Shown one piece after another: positions 29,285 through 39,303 of a stretch of 64,000 nt of DNA; positions within the stretch are counted from its first letter, which is position 1; each line of letters starts with the position of its first letter. Source of the stretch: Candidatus Saccharimonadota bacterium. Lineage in GTDB: Bacteria; Patescibacteriota; Saccharimonadia; Saccharimonadales; OFTM59. Both the position numbers and the translations under genes were made by a program. Location: assembly GCA_029260855.1 (NCBI GenBank), contig JAJDCK010000014.1:6018-70017 (forward strand), given 5' to 3'. Below the pieces are notes generated by a model. It saw only the letters and a program-made list of their open reading frames with translations, did not search any database and was not told where the DNA came from.

Positions 29285-30670
29285 CTAGTTTAATGGGGCG
29301 GTCGGAGGGGTTCTCCTGCTGATTTTTCTGACTAATGTTCGCAGCGCTTCACGTTTGAAAAAATATAAATAGGCTACAGCAATTGCGAAAATAGCGGTCA
29401 AAACGGCTACCACAATCATTATACTAAAAGAGTCGTCATCCTCGCTGGTCGCTATAATATCTGTTGATGGCAATTGATCTGCAACACTAAAAGATAAAAC
29501 TTGCTCACGATTTGACGTTTTGCCAGTTGAAGGATCAGTAAGTTCAGCTTCAACATGATGCTCGCCTGGTTCCAGCCCGCTAATTTCAATTGACCAAACG
29601 CCTTCCTGGTCGGCTGTTACGGTATATTCCTTCGGTTCAGAAAAAACATAAAGCTTTATTTTTGCGCCCGGTAAAGTTATCCCAGAAAGTTTTAATGGTT
29701 CATTCACCCCCAGCACAATTCTCTCTTCCTTGATTATCTCAGTATCCCCAATCTTAATACTATTAAGGCCAATAGTACTGTTCTGAGCTGTGGGCTCGGA
29801 AGAATCATTTCCAGAAGTATTACTAGATTCAGGTGAGGATGAGGCAGGCGCACTAGAAGGAGAGCTGTCATTATCAATTACTGTAATTGTTGTACTTGGG
29901 ATGTTTTTCCCGCTATAGTTAGGGTCTGAAGTAGAAACGGAATGCGATATAGTGCAAGTATGATTGCCCTCGGGCTTAGAGTCATCAACTCCCCTAACAT
30001 TATAATATAATGATCCGGCAGGACCTTTTGATATTAAGTAAGAATTTGGAGACTCAACAACAGCTCCCGAACCCCCCTTCCCTGATTTAAGTAATTGACA
30101 CTCACCGCTAATGGATGTGGTGATCGATACATCTTCTTCAGCATCGTCGTTTAGTTTGACTTCATAAGCCTGGGCTGGGCCGCCTTCAGTGAGTGAGCTG
30201 GGTCTATGAACAAATTTAAATCCTGGTGTTGCGTCATTATCGTTAATAGTCAACGTGCTGGAGCCGCTTAGTCCATTAAACTCTGCGTCATCAGAAGTAG
30301 CAGTATAGCTAATACTACAGGTATGCTGCCCTTCAATGAGCTGGTCGTTATGTGCACGGATACTCACGGGGTTACTAATGGTAGAGCCGCTAAATACTGT
30401 TGTCTGTTCGGTGGTGGCCCAACTTGACGATGTGGCTTTTATTTCGCACTGGCCGTTAGTTGATAGGCTGAGTGCTACATTGCTCCCGGGGGCACTGCTA
30501 AATGTATATCTACCGCTTTCCGAAACAGTACCGAACACACTTTCTGTTAGAACTGTTGATGAAGGCAGTGAGAATGTAATATTTCCCAGTGCAAACACTT
30601 TAGAACGTAGCCAGTAAATGCACATAATTGCAATTAAGAAAATTAATATTACATTGAATGATTTTTTCAT
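29285..30670 (-). CDS. Surface protein with two Calx-beta/Ig-like repeats, bacterial Ig-like domain and C-terminal TM anchor
   Basis: Signal/TM N-terminus; repeated C...DD..EG.HTC.I...I.DND units; Ser/Pro linker; YVFSEP..ADQEGVWS; C-terminal TM with basic tail. Confidence 0.8.
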   Translation of the reverse strand: MKKSFNVILIFLIAIMCIYWLRSKVFALGNITFSLPSSTVLTESVFGTVSESGRYTFSSAPGSNVALSLSTNGQCEIKATSSSWATTEQTTVFSGSTISNPVSIRAHNDQLIEGQHTCSISYTATSDDAEFNGLSGSSTLTINDNDATPGFKFVHRPSSLTEGGPAQAYEVKLNDDAEEDVSITTSISGECQLLKSGKGGSGAVVESPNSYLISKGPAGSLYYNVRGVDDSKPEGNHTCTISHSVSTSDPNYSGKNIPSTTITVIDNDSSPSSAPASSSPESSNTSGNDSSEPTAQNSTIGLNSIKIGDTEIIKEERIVLGVNEPLKLSGITLPGAKIKLYVFSEPKEYTVTADQEGVWSIEISGLEPGEHHVEAELTDPSTGKTSNREQVLSFSVADQLPSTDIIATSEDDDSFSIMIVVAVLTAIFAIAVAYLYFFKREALRTLVRKISRRTPPTAPLN

Positions 30671-30787
30671 AGTTATTCTTTTTATTTTTAGTTATTATAA
30701 TGAATAGTATTTAATCTTATTGTCAGTAATGTGTCAAATAAGGTAAAATAGTTATTTAATAACGTATTAAAGTGGAGAGGTAAAATA

Positions 30788-31213
30788 GTGGTTCACTTAG
30801 AACTTGTGACATTATCTGGGGTCAAATTTCGGCAACAAGTATATGAAGTACAGCTGCCAACCACAGAAGGAATTATCGGTGTGTTCAAAGACCACTCTCC
30901 GCTTGTGGCTATGGCAGCGCCTGGAGTAATAAAGGTCCGTCATAAGGCTGGCGAGCCCGACGACCTGCAAGATTTTATAGCTACTAACGGCGGGGTTATA
31001 GAAGTTGGCGACGACAATATTCGTGTGCTAGTGGATGAAGCTGACCTGGCAGATGAGATTAACGAGAAAGAAGTCGAAGAGGCTCACGCAAGGGCCCTGA
31101 AACTGCGCTCTGAAGCCAAAGACCAGACATCATTAGACCACGCACAAAGCCTGATTGACCGCTCTTCAGTCAGGTTGCAGGTAGCCAACCTAAAACGTCG
31201 CCGTCGCAAGTAA
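30788..31213 (+). CDS. atpC: ATP synthase F1 subunit epsilon
   Basis: LELVTLSG, LPTTEGIIGVFKDHSPL, GGVIEV, ADEIN. Confidence 0.96.
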   Translation: MVHLELVTLSGVKFRQQVYEVQLPTTEGIIGVFKDHSPLVAMAAPGVIKVRHKAGEPDDLQDFIATNGGVIEVGDDNIRVLVDEADLADEINEKEVEEAHARALKLRSEAKDQTSLDHAQSLIDRSSVRLQVANLKRRRRK

Positions 31214-31364
31214 ACAAATAAGAGTATCAGCCAAACTCGCTATTTATTGTCAGTCTGATTTAGGTGCGGACATGTATTGCTATACAGAAATAAAACTATA
31301 GGATGAGTACTTGCCTTTTTTTGGTGTTCGCGGTAAAATTATAGACAACGACTTATAAAATAAA

Positions 31365-31380
31365 TGTGATCATTATCACT
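31365..31380. promoter_or_regulatory. Crp/Fnr-type operator upstream of the carbonic anhydrase
   Basis: AAA-TGTGA-TCATTA-TCACT, close to the CRP consensus AAATGTGA-N6-TCACATTT. Confidence 0.55.
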
Positions 31381-31407
31381 TAGTAACTAAGGGTGCGTGA
31401 GGTTTAT

Positions 31408-32361
31408 ATGTCTTTTGAAGGTGAAGGAGCTGAAGTGTTGAAAGAAGTCAGGGTGGCGCGAATTTGCGATGGGCTAGGTTTTGGCGAAGGCCCTATATCT
31501 TATAGCGATCGTCTAGATATAGACCAAAGCACACGTGCGCGAGTTGAGGCGCTAATAACTAGCCCCGACATACTTGTAGTAGTAGAAGCTGATGACGATG
31601 GCTGTGGTGATGGTCGAGAGGTGGGCGTGATTCATGAAGGTCAAAAAATCCGTGAGCGCTCCCTGCATCGTGCTAAAGTTTTTGGCGGGGGGGCTACTAT
31701 GGCGGCTGCCTCAGACATCGGCCTGGGGCGCGCACGAAACATGAGTCTTCATAGTGTATTTGATACAGCAAAAGGCACTATCTTTGACGCAGGTCTTAGT
31801 TATGGTGCTCACACCGGTAGTCACGCAGATGATGAACAGAGTGGCTGTGGTGCGGTTGATAAAGCTCCGGTCATTATCGCCATCACTGAACAGTATCATC
31901 AGCAAATTGCTGGCACAATCGCGGCATTAGGGGTTGATACTGCTGGCTTGGAAGGGATTTTTGAAAACTACAAACAATTCGGACGTGATATTCAGGGACA
32001 GGAATATCGGGGGGCTGAGGTTGTTAATGATATAAAACGCGACGGACGAGTCGTAAAAGAGCTGAATGGCGAGCACCTTGAGATGTATATAGTGCTTAAC
32101 AATGTAGAAGGCAAAACAGTTAACCAACAAAAAGTGCGTGAATCTAGTGATGGAAAGGTCCAGGTTTTTGGTATTGATCTTTGGCGATTGATGCAACTCT
32201 CACAAAAGCTCTACCCCGAAGATAGAGGTTTTAGTGATTCCGACCGGCACGTAGCCTTTCTTAGCGAGCTAGTTTATACCTTGTCAACGGCTGCCACGCT
32301 TACAAAGGGGGACCTTCCGGTTTATATGGTTAGCCCAGAAAACGAACTAGTAGCAGTATAG
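31408..32361 (+). CDS. Zeta/CDCA-type (cadmium carbonic anhydrase-like) protein
   Basis: CGDGR, KVFGG, GAH...GCGA metal ligands (Cys-His-Cys), LNGEHLE..IVLN.VEGKT, QVFGIDLW. Confidence 0.78.
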   Translation: MSFEGEGAEVLKEVRVARICDGLGFGEGPISYSDRLDIDQSTRARVEALITSPDILVVVEADDDGCGDGREVGVIHEGQKIRERSLHRAKVFGGGATMAAASDIGLGRARNMSLHSVFDTAKGTIFDAGLSYGAHTGSHADDEQSGCGAVDKAPVIIAITEQYHQQIAGTIAALGVDTAGLEGIFENYKQFGRDIQGQEYRGAEVVNDIKRDGRVVKELNGEHLEMYIVLNNVEGKTVNQQKVRESSDGKVQVFGIDLWRLMQLSQKLYPEDRGFSDSDRHVAFLSELVYTLSTAATLTKGDLPVYMVSPENELVAV

Positions 32362-32468
32362 TGAATAGTGAACAGCTGCACTGCCGATTGTATTTAAAAA
32401 ACCTATTTGTAATATTGCCAATATAGTCTATTCTTAGACTATAAAAAGTTTTTAAGTGGAGGTTTTAG

Positions 32469-33206
32469 ATGTTTGGTAGACAAAAAGTAGCTGCTCTGGT
32501 GGCTGAATTTGTCGGTACTGCTACGTTGGTTTCAGTAGTGCTGGCAACAATCTATGGGCGTACAGGGTTCCCGCTCTTTATAGCAATGGCAGCAGGCTTA
32601 ACGATCGGACTGATGATGCTCGTGCTAGGACCGATTTCTGGTGCGCATATAAATCCAGTAGTGACCGTTGCGCTATGGACTACTCGTAAGATACAGACAA
32701 TGCAGGCCATCGTTTATGTGGGGGCGCAAATGCTAGGAGCTGTTGCAGCTTGGCAGCTAGCCGAATTTTTACTTAATCGTCCGCTACAGAACACTGCTGG
32801 CGACAGTCTTAACTGGCGCGTTCTGATCGCCGAGGCGATTGGTGCGTTTGTTTTTGCGACTGCACTGTCAGCCGCAATATCCCGGGCTTACACTGGTGTT
32901 AAGCTTGCCATAGCTGCTGGTCTAGGATTTACGTTGGGTATGCTAATCGCCTCCTTAGCTTCAAATGGGCTGATTAACCCTGCGCTTGCGTTGGGTATGC
33001 AGTCATGGAGCTGGGCATACCTGCTGGGACCTTTAGCTGGTGCAGTAATAGGTATGAACCTATACGGGCTTGTGTTTGAGCCAATTGATAATCCAAAATC
33101 AAAAACCGTTAAAGCAGCTGCCTCTGTCGCTTCCAAGAAAATCAAAACGACAGCCAATAAGACCAAAAAACGCGTTACTAAGAGTGCTGCTAAGAGAAAA
33201 AAATAA
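32469..33206 (+). CDS. Aquaporin/MIP family channel with Lys-rich tail
   Basis: AEFVGT, ISGAHINPVVT, AEAIG, INPALAL, YLLGPLAGA. Confidence 0.93.
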   Translation: MFGRQKVAALVAEFVGTATLVSVVLATIYGRTGFPLFIAMAAGLTIGLMMLVLGPISGAHINPVVTVALWTTRKIQTMQAIVYVGAQMLGAVAAWQLAEFLLNRPLQNTAGDSLNWRVLIAEAIGAFVFATALSAAISRAYTGVKLAIAAGLGFTLGMLIASLASNGLINPALALGMQSWSWAYLLGPLAGAVIGMNLYGLVFEPIDNPKSKTVKAAASVASKKIKTTANKTKKRVTKSAAKRKK

Positions 33207-33257
33207 TTAGCGGCGCTAGCGCTACATTAATATAAAGAGCTCATTCAGCAGGGCTCT

Positions 33258-36200
33258 TTATATTTTGTTATTAATTAAGTCCTCTTCAAAGGCTAAGATA
33301 CCAGCGTAATCCGGAGTGTATGAGGATATGTCTGGAAAATTCAGTGCTTTGGTGTGTTGCCATATGGCTGATATAAGTTTGCTTAATCGAGTCATCTCCT
33401 CTTTGGATGGCCAATATGATTTTGAAAAATCGCTCGCTCGCTCGGCCTCTACGTATATCATTTTGCCTTCAACCTCTTTACCGCGGAAGCGTGGCGTGTT
33501 GTTGGTAAGCAGTGCGTAGAAAACTAGCTGAGTGCGCTGTTTCCAGGCGCGAATCACTTGGTTTCGGTCTTTTGTTTGAAAATTGCTCAAAGACCGGCCA
33601 GTCTTATAGTCTACTACTACCAAATGTTTATTGTCCGGCAGATCTATGCGATCCAGCTTGCCACTGATGGTCGCTGGCCCAATTGCAATGTCATCTATCC
33701 GTTGTTCGGTAAGGCTGCCTGGAGCCAGACCTAGTTTATTGTTAGCTAAAAGTTTCTCTATCAGTAATCTGCCCTGCACAAGATATCGTTGAAATTCGTT
33801 ATCGGGCAGGTGTTCGTTACGAAGCGCGGAGTTATATGTTTGTTGTACGGTCGCAAGATCAAAAATATTCTTATTAATCAGTTTTTGCGCTTCTTCCAGC
33901 GCAGCGTGAGTTGCTGTGCCGTGCGATAAAGACGCGGTTTTTACGTCTGGCAAACGTAAAATATTGCGTTCAAAATAATAATCAGGCCCGCCCTTCGTTA
34001 CATCTAGGAAATTAAGTAAGCTCGTGACGCTGATAGATAAATTCTCAAGCCGAGGTTTTAGAAGCACTTTTTCGTCCTTGGATTCGAGCCGTGGCCAGCG
34101 CAGCGTGTGTTCTAGTACCTTAATAGGTGGGTCAAGATCGGCTTGTGAAACCATTTCTGCAGCAACACTAGTGCGGACAAACGATGCCGCTAAGACTTCT
34201 TCGCCAATATGGTTCTGACAATAACTGCTAAATATAAGCCTACGTCTAGCGCGCGTTGCTGCTACGTACATCAGGCGAATGTAGTCATCTATGTCGTCAC
34301 CATAAGGTTGTAGGGGGAGGTTAATAGGTGGCTTCCGGCCGCCGTTTCTTGGCTTCCAAATGTCTTCCATGGCATCCACCACGAACACGCTGTCAAATTC
34401 CAGTCCTTTTGCCTTGTGTACCGTCAGTAGCTGCACAGCATCATCGCTACTAACAAACGGAGACCCATCGGCGATAATTTTGTGATTGCTCCTGTTGAGC
34501 TCAATAAAACGAACAAAATCCTGAAGATCTGAATCGTTGTTATGCGAAAATTCACCAACGAGTATGCGTAGCAGGCGTATAGCTGACAACCCATGCAAAT
34601 AATCATTATCAACCTCTTGCCTAGCTGCAAAGTACGGTTTAATCGGGCTGCTACGATGTTCGCCATCTCTCAGGCCTATCAAGTATTCGATCGCCAGCTG
34701 AAGGGGCATGCCCACGGCCCGCTGTCCTAGCCATAAGAACCATCTAGCAATATTGCTTATGTCGTTGTTTGCGCTACGCAGTAAACTATCTAGCCAGCTT
34801 GACTCAGCATAATTGCCAGCTGCTAGTTGCCACAAATCTTGCGGGGGAATTTCCCACATTGGGTGCAGCAAGGTCTTCGCAACTCTTTCATTAACAACCT
34901 GCTTGTTGCCGTTTTTGATGGCGACGGCTAGCTCTGCCAATAGGCATACCTGTTGAACCGCCTCATGATCAAGAATATTACTCTGGCGCTCGTAATCCAC
35001 CGGCACCTTTAGCGCTATCAGGATGCTGGCGAGCTGCTCAAGGCTGGCGTGGCCACGTGCAAGGATCGCTATACTGCCCTTGCTGTCTGATCGAAAGCGA
35101 GCGACCTCCCTTGCAATACCCACTTGCTGGTGTTCTTTAGTGGGGAAGCTGAGGTGCCTAACTATGGTTTTGCCTCTAGGCTCATTTAAGGCTGTTAGGT
35201 TTTTCTGTAAAGTGACATCGCGTTTCACTAGTCTGTCGTCAGCTTGCTGGATAATTTTCTGAGAAGTGTCTAGTATTGTCTGAGAGGAGCGATAATTATC
35301 CTTCAGTACTATCCTCTGGGTTGCAGGATACATCCGCTCAAACGACAAAAGGTTATTTAGCTCAGCGCCATTAAATTTATAGATAGACTGGTCATCATCA
35401 CCCACGGCCATAAGGTTCGGCTTGTCGTTGTTCGCATGATGGTCCGCCACCAAATGCGCTAGACGCAGCTGTGCCGCATTGGTGTCTTGGAACTCATCTA
35501 TTAGCACATAGAGAAATCGTTCCTGAACGTTTGCCAGCATCTCTGGGTTACCTTGTAGCTCTGTAATGACTTCAACCAGCATGTCGGCATAATCATAATA
35601 ACCGCGTCGTCTTAGCTCTGCGCGGTACGTCTCATACACCCCGGCGACCGCAAGCCACCAATTATTCCTACGCTTCTCATCAAACATGTCCTTATGACCA
35701 TCTACGGTTTGGAGCACGCGCTTTTTCCATTTCCCGGTATTTATAGTTTTAGATGTGCCTTCGTCCAACATCACTGCTTGCTGAAAAGACTCCTTTAGAA
35801 CACTTGTTAGCGACAAAAGCGGTGCAGTTGTCTCGTCGGTGAGCTGATCCGGTAAGTCCAGAATTTTTTCGACAAGTTTATTTAAGCTTTTTTGTGATAA
35901 TGGCGCTTCAAGTGCATTGACTAGTTTTGGGGCAATTATCTCTATGAAAGCAAGGTTAGCCTTAATTAACGCTCTAAGTTTAGCTGGCGTAAGACCGGCT
36001 TCTTTAGCTAACTTTAGCGCCTCTTGTACGTCTCCGACCACAGTGTATGTGCCAGCAAACTTTAAGGCCAGCGGGTTATCTAGTGGTAGCTCGCGTAGAA
36101 TCGTCTCCACAATTTCAAGCTGTACAGTATCTGGGGCGGTTGCTAACCGGGCACCACTCCAAAAATGGTCAGGGTACTGGTTCATCAGCTCCGCGGCAAA

Positions 36201-36476
36201 GCTGTGAAACGTCTTAGCTGAAACATCACGCGCAGTGGGGCCGATAAGAGACACGAGCCTTTCTCGCATATTTGTCGCAGCTTTGTTTGTAAACGTCAGG
36301 CAAAGTATATTGGCGGCTGCCGTATCCGTTTTTCTTAAAATATTAGCAACACGCATGCTTAGTAACTGAGTTTTGCCTGTACCTGGGCCGGCTATAACCA
36401 GCACGGGCCCCTCAATTGTCTCAACGGCCCTTTTTTGTTCAGGGTTTAACCTCGCGTATTCTTCAACAAAACTCAT
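33258..36476 (-). CDS. UvrD/PcrA-family helicase fused to C-terminal PD-(D/E)XK nuclease
   Basis: AGPGTGKT, LIDEFQD, VGDDDQSIY, NYRS, TVHKAKGLEF, YVAATRA, GKLDRID..VVDYKTG..QLVFY. Confidence 0.95.
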   Translation of the reverse strand: MSFVEEYARLNPEQKRAVETIEGPVLVIAGPGTGKTQLLSMRVANILRKTDTAAANILCLTFTNKAATNMRERLVSLIGPTARDVSAKTFHSFAAELMNQYPDHFWSGARLATAPDTVQLEIVETILRELPLDNPLALKFAGTYTVVGDVQEALKLAKEAGLTPAKLRALIKANLAFIEIIAPKLVNALEAPLSQKSLNKLVEKILDLPDQLTDETTAPLLSLTSVLKESFQQAVMLDEGTSKTINTGKWKKRVLQTVDGHKDMFDEKRRNNWWLAVAGVYETYRAELRRRGYYDYADMLVEVITELQGNPEMLANVQERFLYVLIDEFQDTNAAQLRLAHLVADHHANNDKPNLMAVGDDDQSIYKFNGAELNNLLSFERMYPATQRIVLKDNYRSSQTILDTSQKIIQQADDRLVKRDVTLQKNLTALNEPRGKTIVRHLSFPTKEHQQVGIAREVARFRSDSKGSIAILARGHASLEQLASILIALKVPVDYERQSNILDHEAVQQVCLLAELAVAIKNGNKQVVNERVAKTLLHPMWEIPPQDLWQLAAGNYAESSWLDSLLRSANNDISNIARWFLWLGQRAVGMPLQLAIEYLIGLRDGEHRSSPIKPYFAARQEVDNDYLHGLSAIRLLRILVGEFSHNNDSDLQDFVRFIELNRSNHKIIADGSPFVSSDDAVQLLTVHKAKGLEFDSVFVVDAMEDIWKPRNGGRKPPINLPLQPYGDDIDDYIRLMYVAATRARRRLIFSSYCQNHIGEEVLAASFVRTSVAAEMVSQADLDPPIKVLEHTLRWPRLESKDEKVLLKPRLENLSISVTSLLNFLDVTKGGPDYYFERNILRLPDVKTASLSHGTATHAALEEAQKLINKNIFDLATVQQTYNSALRNEHLPDNEFQRYLVQGRLLIEKLLANNKLGLAPGSLTEQRIDDIAIGPATISGKLDRIDLPDNKHLVVVDYKTGRSLSNFQTKDRNQVIRAWKQRTQLVFYALLTNNTPRFRGKEVEGKMIYVEAERASDFSKSYWPSKEEMTRLSKLISAIWQHTKALNFPDISSYTPDYAGILAFEEDLINNKI

Positions 36477-36703
36477 CTCCCTATTGTAACTTGTTATTTT
36501 GTTAGTTGCACAAGCGTACGGTGCAAGTTCTGTATTTCTTGCGCTTTTCAGCTCAGCTGTCGGTTTCTACCTGCTATCTCAGGGTGAAGACCGGTACTAA
36601 GCTCTTTCTACTTACACGATATGCTAACCAGGAATTTAACTATATCTTTAGCTCTTCTATCAAATCATGTACAATTTAGTGACCGTAACAAGGCCACTGT
36701 CAA

Positions 36704-37372
36704 TTGAAGACATTCCAGGATTTTCTTGAGCAGTACCACGTAAAGACCTTTGCTAAGGGTGAGCTTATACTTGTTCAGGGTGAAGTGCCGCCTTGTGCCT
36801 ATGTGATCAAGAAGGGCGTTATAAAGACCTATAACCTTACCGCAAGAGGTGAGGAAAAGCCTATAACCTATGATGTGGCCACCGAAAGCTTCCCGATCGG
36901 CTGGATTTTCTCTAAGACTGAAGAGTCGTTGTTTTTCTATGACGCTTATACTGATGTTGAGCTGTATTGCGTTCCTCGCGCCGATTATTGCGAATTCTTA
37001 AAGCTAAACGTAGATGTCCTTTACGATGCACACAAATTTTGGATCAACCGTTTGTTGGACATGCAGACAAGAGTCAATGCGCTTGAGCAGTCCAAAGCAT
37101 CGTCTAAGGTTGTCAACACGCTTCACTACCTATGTTTGCGTTACGGCAGAGACATAAAAAAAGATGTAGTCCGTATTGATTTACCACTAACACAGCAAGA
37201 GTTGGCAAACTTTATGGGCCTAACACGTGAAACGACCGGAATCGAACTGAAGAAACTACAAAGAAGCGGTGTCCTAAGCTATAAACGGCAAAATTACATA
37301 GTTAAAACCGATAAACTCAACGACCTGCTTGATGAAGACTATGCTCAAGGAAAGTTGGTGGACGAAACTTAG
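36704..37372 (+). CDS. Crp/Fnr-family transcriptional regulator
   Basis: cNMP-like beta-barrel plus LPLTQQELANFMGLTRETT helix-turn-helix. Confidence 0.93.
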   Translation: MKTFQDFLEQYHVKTFAKGELILVQGEVPPCAYVIKKGVIKTYNLTARGEEKPITYDVATESFPIGWIFSKTEESLFFYDAYTDVELYCVPRADYCEFLKLNVDVLYDAHKFWINRLLDMQTRVNALEQSKASSKVVNTLHYLCLRYGRDIKKDVVRIDLPLTQQELANFMGLTRETTGIELKKLQRSGVLSYKRQNYIVKTDKLNDLLDEDYAQGKLVDET

Positions 37373-37399
37373 AACACCCCGCAGAGCGAGGTGTTCTTT
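37371..37399. terminator. Terminator hairpin between convergent genes
   Basis: AGAACACC...GGTGTTCT followed by T residues. Confidence 0.55.
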
Positions 37400-37421
37400 G
37401 GGCTCCTACCTATACTAGGTT

Positions 37422-37571
37422 CTATAAGAGCTGCTGCTTGATACGTCGCCATCTTTTAGCCCGTAGCTTTTCGGCCCTGTGTCCCCAGCCTTGGCCGACA
37501 TCATCGTAAAGTTCTTCAATGCTTAGATCAGATATGCGAATCGGTTGGTGTAGTATTTTATTTCTACCCAT
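37422..37571 (-). CDS. 49-aa basic peptide, paralogue A
   Basis: GGAGGAGG SD, then MGRNKILHQPIRISDLSIEELYDDVGQGWGHRAEKLRAKRWRRIKQQLL. Confidence 0.75.
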   Translation of the reverse strand: MGRNKILHQPIRISDLSIEELYDDVGQGWGHRAEKLRAKRWRRIKQQLL

Positions 37572-37691
37572 AGCACCTCCTCCTGCTTGCGTTATTGGTG
37601 AATAAAGAATAAGCCTACCCCGCATTTAATGCAGCGTGAAAATTCACAATTCGCTTGTTAATATTTACCGAGGCCTACAATTGGACATCGT

Positions 37692-38078
37692 TTAAATTGA
37701 TCGGCTCAAATCCTTGCTCACTAGATGATCTACTACCATAGCCAATTCTTCCGGCTTTGCATGAGCTTTAACGATATACTTATAGGCGCCAAGCGTCATA
37801 GCTTTTTGAACTTTTTTTTCGTCACCCAAGTTGCTTAGTATGACAATAGACACACCAGCGGGCTTGCCCTGCTTATTATATTTCTCCAGGAATTCAATGC
37901 CGCCCATCTCTGGCATGAGTAGATCGAGCAGAATAATCTTTGGCGCTTGTTCGGTAGCCTTTTCAAGCCCCTGCTTACCGTTATAAGCGGTGGATACTTT
38001 GTGGCCATGCCTTTTTAGTATTAGTTTATAGGCATCGCTGAGTAATTTGTCGTCTTCAATGATAAGGATATTTGCCAT
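37692..38078 (-). CDS. Stand-alone receiver-domain response regulator
   Basis: ILIIEDD, ILLDLLMP, ILSN, YIVK. No output domain. Confidence 0.93.
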   Translation of the reverse strand: MANILIIEDDKLLSDAYKLILKRHGHKVSTAYNGKQGLEKATEQAPKIILLDLLMPEMGGIEFLEKYNKQGKPAGVSIVILSNLGDEKKVQKAMTLGAYKYIVKAHAKPEELAMVVDHLVSKDLSRSI

Positions 38079-38121
38079 GTTGCCCCTTCCTTTCTAGACT
38101 ACACTATAATGACATGAGATT

Positions 38122-39291
38122 TTATTGTTGCTGTAAGAATTCATCCATTTGCGCAGGAAGCCCGTCATTATTATTACTCACTGGAATTGAAAAATAAAAT
38201 GTACTGCCCACGTTTTCGCGACTCACAAACCAAACCTTGCCACCCATACCGGTGGCAATGAGCTTTACCATATACAGGCCGAGCCCAGTGCCAAACGTCT
38301 CTTTTTGCATGATATTGCTGGCACGAAAAAACTTACTGAACACACCTGCCTGGCTCTCTTTTGGAATGCCGTAGCCTGTATCACTTATTTTGAGCAGGAT
38401 ATTCTTGTTTCTTTTTGCCAGAGTGACTTGAACGGTCCCCTTCTGAGGGGTGTATTTAATGGCATTGGACAATAAATTTGAGAAAACCTCTGTTAGTAAA
38501 AGTGGATCGGCTGTTACTTGCAAGGGCGCTCGCGGTAGATCCGTCCTCAAACTAATCTTTTTGGCTGCGGCAACTTGAGCAAACTCGTGACTAATAGTGC
38601 TTATGATTTCATTATAATCTATGCTTGAAGAGTTGATTTGGAGCTGCCCAGTTTCGATGCGGGATATGTCAAGAAATGTAGTAATCAGCTCATTCATGCG
38701 ATCAATAGACGACAAGATAACCTTCATGAAATCCCTCTGTGCGCCCGATAGATCCCCCGCATAGCCATCATACAACATTCTGGAGTATGTATTAATGGCG
38801 CTCAAGGGTGTTCGTAGTTGGTGCGAAGCTATAGAAATAAACTCGCTTTTCATGCGGTCTACTTTGTGCTCCTGAGTTATGTCGCGAAAGGTCTCGATAG
38901 CCCCTATGGGTTTACCCTCTTGTAATATAGGTGAAACCGTAGCAAAAACAGGCAGGCGCGGGTTCTTCTTGGTGCGGTAATATATTCGTTCGGAAATAGT
39001 GCGACCGCTTAGAAATGCACGGGTAATGGGGCGATCAATTAGCGGGATAGTTTTATTTTCGTGAGTTACGGCCATAACAACATCAGGGAACCACTTCCCA
39101 AGCGCTTGCTTTTCAGTTAATCCTAAAATATTAAGAGCAGTTTTGTTTATGCGGTATATAACACCATTTTCATCTGTGGCAATAGCCCCCTCCCCCATGC
39201 TCGCAAACAAAGCTTCAGTTTTTGCCCGTTCTTGTACGGCCCGAAGCGTACTATCCTGAAGTTCCTTTAGTAGCTCACTTAAATCAAGCAT
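38122..39291 (-). CDS. Soluble PAS-domain histidine kinase
   Basis: PAS (SMGEGAIATD...FRDIT), IASHQLRTP, NLLSNAIKY, DTGYGI, GTGLGL. No TM. Confidence 0.95.
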   Translation of the reverse strand: MLDLSELLKELQDSTLRAVQERAKTEALFASMGEGAIATDENGVIYRINKTALNILGLTEKQALGKWFPDVVMAVTHENKTIPLIDRPITRAFLSGRTISERIYYRTKKNPRLPVFATVSPILQEGKPIGAIETFRDITQEHKVDRMKSEFISIASHQLRTPLSAINTYSRMLYDGYAGDLSGAQRDFMKVILSSIDRMNELITTFLDISRIETGQLQINSSSIDYNEIISTISHEFAQVAAAKKISLRTDLPRAPLQVTADPLLLTEVFSNLLSNAIKYTPQKGTVQVTLAKRNKNILLKISDTGYGIPKESQAGVFSKFFRASNIMQKETFGTGLGLYMVKLIATGMGGKVWFVSRENVGSTFYFSIPVSNNNDGLPAQMDEFLQQQ

Positions 39292-39303
39292 GCCTTTTTG
39301 TGC

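Noticed and set aside
37636..37647. Third Crp box (GTGAAAATTCAC)
   Set aside because: The half-site spacer is 4 bp rather than 6. It may be another operator, but this cannot be supported.
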